Origin: Pseudomonas baetica
Lineage (GTDB): Bacteria; Pseudomonadota; Gammaproteobacteria; Pseudomonadales; Pseudomonadaceae
Direction: 5' to 3'
Assembly (NCBI RefSeq): GCF_051216495.1
Contig: NZ_JBPKAM010000019.1
Coordinates: forward strand, 1-40,000
DNA length: 40,000 nt
Part shown: positions 36,703 through 40,000 of the stretch, one piece after another
Position numbering within the stretch: position 1 is the stretch's first letter
Layout of the letters: every line of letters starts with the position of its first letter
Translations under genes and position numbers: made by a program
The notes under the pieces: model-generated
The model's input: only the letters and a program-made list of their open reading frames with translations
The model's database searches: none
What the model was told of the DNA's origin: nothing

Positions 36703-39549
36703 ATGGCGCAGCAGTATCAACCGGGGCAACGCTGGATTAGTGACAGCGAAGCCGAGCTGGGATTGGGCACCGTTCTGGCACAGGACGGCCGCTTGCTGAC
36801 CGTGCTCTATCCGGCCACTGGCGACACCCGCCAGTACGCGCTACGGAATGCGCCCCTCACTCGCGTGCGGTTTTCGCCGGGTGACACCATCACTCACTTT
36901 GAAGGCTGGAAGCTGACCGTTCGCGAAGTCGACGACATGGATGGCCTGCTGGTTTACCACGGCCTCAATGCACAGAACGAAGTGGTCACCCTGCCGGAAA
37001 CCCAACTGTCCAACTTTATCCAGTTCCGCTTGGCCAGCGACCGTCTGTTCGCCGGCCAGATCGACCCGCTGGCCTGGTTCTCCCTGCGCTACCACACCCT
37101 GGAACACACCAGTCGCCAGTTGCAATCTTCGCTGTGGGGCCTGGGTGGCGTTCGTGCGCAACCGATCGCTCACCAGCTGCACATCGCCCGCGAAGTTGCC
37201 GACCGTATCGCGCCACGGGTACTGCTGGCGGACGAAGTTGGCCTGGGCAAAACCATCGAAGCCGGCCTGGTCATCCATCGCCAATTGCTCTCGGGGCGCG
37301 CCAATCGCGTGCTGATCCTGGTACCGGAAAACCTCCAGCACCAGTGGCTGGTGGAAATGCGTCGTCGCTTCAACCTGCAAGTCGCACTCTTCGACGAAGA
37401 ACGTTTCATCGAAAGTGATGCCTCCAACCCGTTCGAAGATACCCAGCTTGCGCTGGTTGCACTGGAATGGCTGGTAGACGATGAAAAAGCCCAGGACGCG
37501 CTGTTCGCGGCCGGTTGGGACTTGCTGGTGGTCGACGAAGCGCACCACCTGGTATGGCACGAAGATCAAGTCAGCCCTGAGTATTCGCTGGTCGAGCAAC
37601 TCGCCGAAACCATTCCCGGCGTGCTGCTGTTGACCGCGACCCCGGAACAACTGGGCCAGGACAGCCACTTCGCCCGTCTGCGCCTGCTCGACCCGAACCG
37701 CTTTCATGACCTGCAGGCCTTCCGCGCCGAGAGCGAAAACTATCGCCCGGTGGCCGAGGCCGTTCAGGAGCTGCTGGACCAGGGACGCCTGTCGCCACAA
37801 GCGCACAAAACCATCCATGGCTTCCTCGGCGACGAAGGCGAAGCCCTGCTGACCGCGGTCAACGATGGCGACACCGAAGCCAGCGCTCGCCTGGTGCGCG
37901 AGCTGCTGGACCGCCACGGTACCGGCCGCGTGCTGTTCCGAAATACCCGTGCCGCCGTGCAAGGTTTCCCGGAGCGCAAACTGCATCCGTACCCGCTGCC
38001 GTGCCCGGACGAATACCTCGAACTGCCGTTGGGCGATCACGCCGAGCTGTATCCGGAAGTCAGCTTCCAGGCCCAGCCGGAGGCCAACGAAGACGAGCGC
38101 TGGTGGAAATTCGACCCCCGCGTCGAGTGGCTGATCGATCAGCTGAAAATGCTCAAGCGCACCAAAGTGCTGGTGATCTGCGCCCACGCCGAAACCGCCA
38201 TGGACCTGGAAGACGCCCTGCGCGTGCGTTCCGGCATTCCGGCCACGGTGTTCCACGAGGGCATGAATATCCTTGAGCGTGACCGCGCCGCCGCTTACTT
38301 CGCCGACGAAGAATTCGGTGCACAAGTGCTGATCTGTTCGGAAATCGGCAGTGAAGGCCGCAACTTCCAGTTTGCTCATCACCTGGTGCTGTTCGACCTG
38401 CCGTCCCACCCGGACTTGCTCGAACAACGTATCGGTCGCCTGGACCGGATCGGCCAGAAGCACACCATCGAACTGCATGTGCCGTACCTGGAAACCAGCC
38501 CGCAAGAGCGCCTGTTCCAGTGGTATCACGAAGCGTTGAATGCATTCCTCAACACCTGCCCGACCGGCAACGCCTTGCAGCATCAGTTCGGCCCACGCCT
38601 GCTGCCGCTGCTGGAAGAGGCTGACGAGGGCGAATGGCAGACGCTGATCGACGAAGCACGCACCGAGCGCGAGCGCCTGGAAGCCGAACTGCACACCGGC
38701 CGCGACCGCTTGCTGGAACTCAACTCCGGCGGTGCCGGCGAAGGCGAGGCACTGGTCGAAGCAATTCTGGAGCAAGATGACCAGTTCACCCTGCCGATTT
38801 ACATGGAAACCCTGTTCGACGCCTTCGGCATCGACAGCGAGGACCATTCGGAAAACGCCCTCATCCTTAAACCGAGCGAAAAAATGCTCGATGCCAGCTT
38901 CCCGCTGGGTGACGACGAAGGCGTGACCATCACCTACGACCGCAACCAGGCGCTGTCCCGTGAGGACATGCAGTTCATCACCTGGGAACACCCGATGGTG
39001 CAAGGCGGCATGGACCTGGTGCTGTCCGGCTCGATGGGCAACACCGCGGTGGCATTGATCAAGAACAAGGCGCTGAAACCCGGCACCGTGTTGCTGGAGC
39101 TGCTTTACGTCAGCGAAGTGGTTGCCCCGCGCTCGCTGCAACTGGGCCGCTACCTGCCGCCGGCCGCCCTGCGCTGCCTGCTCGACGCCAATGGCAATGA
39201 TCTGTCCGCCCGCGTTGCGTTCGAGACCTTGAACGATCAACTCGAAAGCGTACCGCGCGCCAGCGCCAACAAGTTCATCCAGGCCCAGCGTGATCAGCTG
39301 ACACCACGGATCAACGCCGGCGAAGACAAAATCTACCCGCGTCATGCCGAGCGTGTCGCAGAGGCGCAACGTCGTCTGGCGGCCGATACCGATGAAGAAC
39401 TGGCACGCCTGACCGCGCTGCAAGCGGTCAACCCGACCGTACGCGACAGCGAACTGGTCGCCCTGCGCAAACAACGCGAACAAGGCCTGGCCATGCTCGA
39501 CAAGGCTGCGCTGCGACTGGAAGCGATCCGGGTGCTGGTGGCGGGTTAA
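36703..39549 (+). CDS. rapA: RNA polymerase-associated SNF2-family ATPase RapA (HepA)
   Basis: 948 aa, [24 protein letters not shown]. Helicase motifs [14 protein letters not shown] and DEAHH, plus a C-terminal RapA domain. Confidence 0.96.
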   Translation: MAQQYQPGQRWISDSEAELGLGTVLAQDGRLLTVLYPATGDTRQYALRNAPLTRVRFSPGDTITHFEGWKLTVREVDDMDGLLVYHGLNAQNEVVTLPETQLSNFIQFRLASDRLFAGQIDPLAWFSLRYHTLEHTSRQLQSSLWGLGGVRAQPIAHQLHIAREVADRIAPRVLLADEVGLGKTIEAGLVIHRQLLSGRANRVLILVPENLQHQWLVEMRRRFNLQVALFDEERFIESDASNPFEDTQLALVALEWLVDDEKAQDALFAAGWDLLVVDEAHHLVWHEDQVSPEYSLVEQLAETIPGVLLLTATPEQLGQDSHFARLRLLDPNRFHDLQAFRAESENYRPVAEAVQELLDQGRLSPQAHKTIHGFLGDEGEALLTAVNDGDTEASARLVRELLDRHGTGRVLFRNTRAAVQGFPERKLHPYPLPCPDEYLELPLGDHAELYPEVSFQAQPEANEDERWWKFDPRVEWLIDQLKMLKRTKVLVICAHAETAMDLEDALRVRSGIPATVFHEGMNILERDRAAAYFADEEFGAQVLICSEIGSEGRNFQFAHHLVLFDLPSHPDLLEQRIGRLDRIGQKHTIELHVPYLETSPQERLFQWYHEALNAFLNTCPTGNALQHQFGPRLLPLLEEADEGEWQTLIDEARTERERLEAELHTGRDRLLELNSGGAGEGEALVEAILEQDDQFTLPIYMETLFDAFGIDSEDHSENALILKPSEKMLDASFPLGDDEGVTITYDRNQALSREDMQFITWEHPMVQGGMDLVLSGSMGNTAVALIKNKALKPGTVLLELLYVSEVVAPRSLQLGRYLPPAALRCLLDANGNDLSARVAFETLNDQLESVPRASANKFIQAQRDQLTPRINAGEDKIYPRHAERVAEAQRRLAADTDEELARLTALQAVNPTVRDSELVALRKQREQGLAMLDKAALRLEAIRVLVAG

Positions 39550-39578
39550 TCCCCCTGCTCCACCGCTATATAAAAAGA

Positions 39579-39609
39579 AGGCCCGCAGCGATGCGGGCCT
39601 TTCTTTTTG
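39579..39609 (+). terminator. Intrinsic terminator after rapA
   Basis: AGGCCCGC-AGCGAT-GCGGGCCT followed by TTCTTTTT. Confidence 0.85.
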
Positions 39610-39642
39610 TCCGTTCCAATTGTGGTGATCTTTATGGCCTCA

Positions 39643-39729
39643 TCGCGGGCAAGCCCGCTCCCACAGAGCCCGTGTCGAACACATAATCCATGAACACCAC
39701 AAAACCTGTGGGAGCGAGCCTGCTCGCGA
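39643..39729. repeat. REP doublet (variant + canonical)
   Basis: Variant TCGCGGGCAAGCCCGCTCCCAC (39643-39664) and exact forward copy at 39708-39729. Confidence 0.8.
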
Positions 39730-39735
39730 AAGCGA

Positions 39736-40000
39736 TTATGCAGTCGCCGCAGAACCGGCAGGCTCAACCACCACCCCCAACCCCTCCTTCATCCGCTTGG
39801 CATCGCGCACAAAACACCGTGACGCCAACACCAGAAACACCATGGTGAAAAACAGCGCCACCGGGATCAGGTACATCGCGTCATGCAGGCCGACGGCCTT
39901 GAACGCTTCGGTCATCTGCTCGGCACCCGCCGCCAGCATTGCCATATGTGCAAAGTGATCCGACAAGGCACCGACCACCACGGGCCCCAGACCACCACCC
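39736..40000 (-). CDS. C-terminal fragment of a membrane (probably MFS) transporter, truncated by the window edge
   Basis: The reading frame stays open to position 40000 (...GGGLGPVVVGALSDHF...). It has hydrophobic helices and ends at 39736. Confidence 0.5.
   Translation of the reverse strand, partial: GGGLGPVVVGALSDHFAHMAMLAAGAEQMTEAFKAVGLHDAMYLIPVALFFTMVFLVLASRCFVRDAKRMKEGLGVVVEPAGSAATA

Overview
The window looks like Pseudomonas fluorescens-group chromosome. This is inferred from the recurring REP 22-mer GTGGGAGCGAGCCTGCTCGCGA, the high GC and the gene content; all homology calls come from memory of protein families, not from searches. Most of it is core, high-GC DNA: an NAD-linked formate dehydrogenase operon fdsGBAD (126-5249, minus); tRNA-Leu(CAA) followed by queA-tgt-yajC-secD-secF (15.3-21 kb, plus); a complete co-directional protocatechuate/beta-ketoadipate supercluster pcaR-K-IJF-HG-T-BDC (21.7-32.6 kb, minus); and pitA, several small proteins, rapA and a truncated MFS gene (33.8-40 kb). 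The accessory part lies between the fds operon and tRNA-Leu. It holds (i) an HTH-ImmA/IrrE metallopeptidase + DUF4411 (PIN-like) gene pair at 6219-7852, (ii) a DUF3077-like gene preceded by about 600 bp of ORF-free, hairpin-rich DNA, and (iii) a low-GC island at about 8.7-14.8 kb with no integrase. The island carries three orphan membrane proteins: a coiled-coil/2-TM protein, a membrane-anchored pentapeptide-repeat protein and a polytopic protein. They converge on a pair that is co-linear with phage lambda RexA/RexB. Every cassette is bounded by a variant of one hairpin family (core GGGGACAGATTTATTT). The island is the best candidate for an undescribed phage-exclusion locus, but that is inference by association only. 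I saw no CRISPR array, rRNA, IS element, integrase or prophage structural genes.
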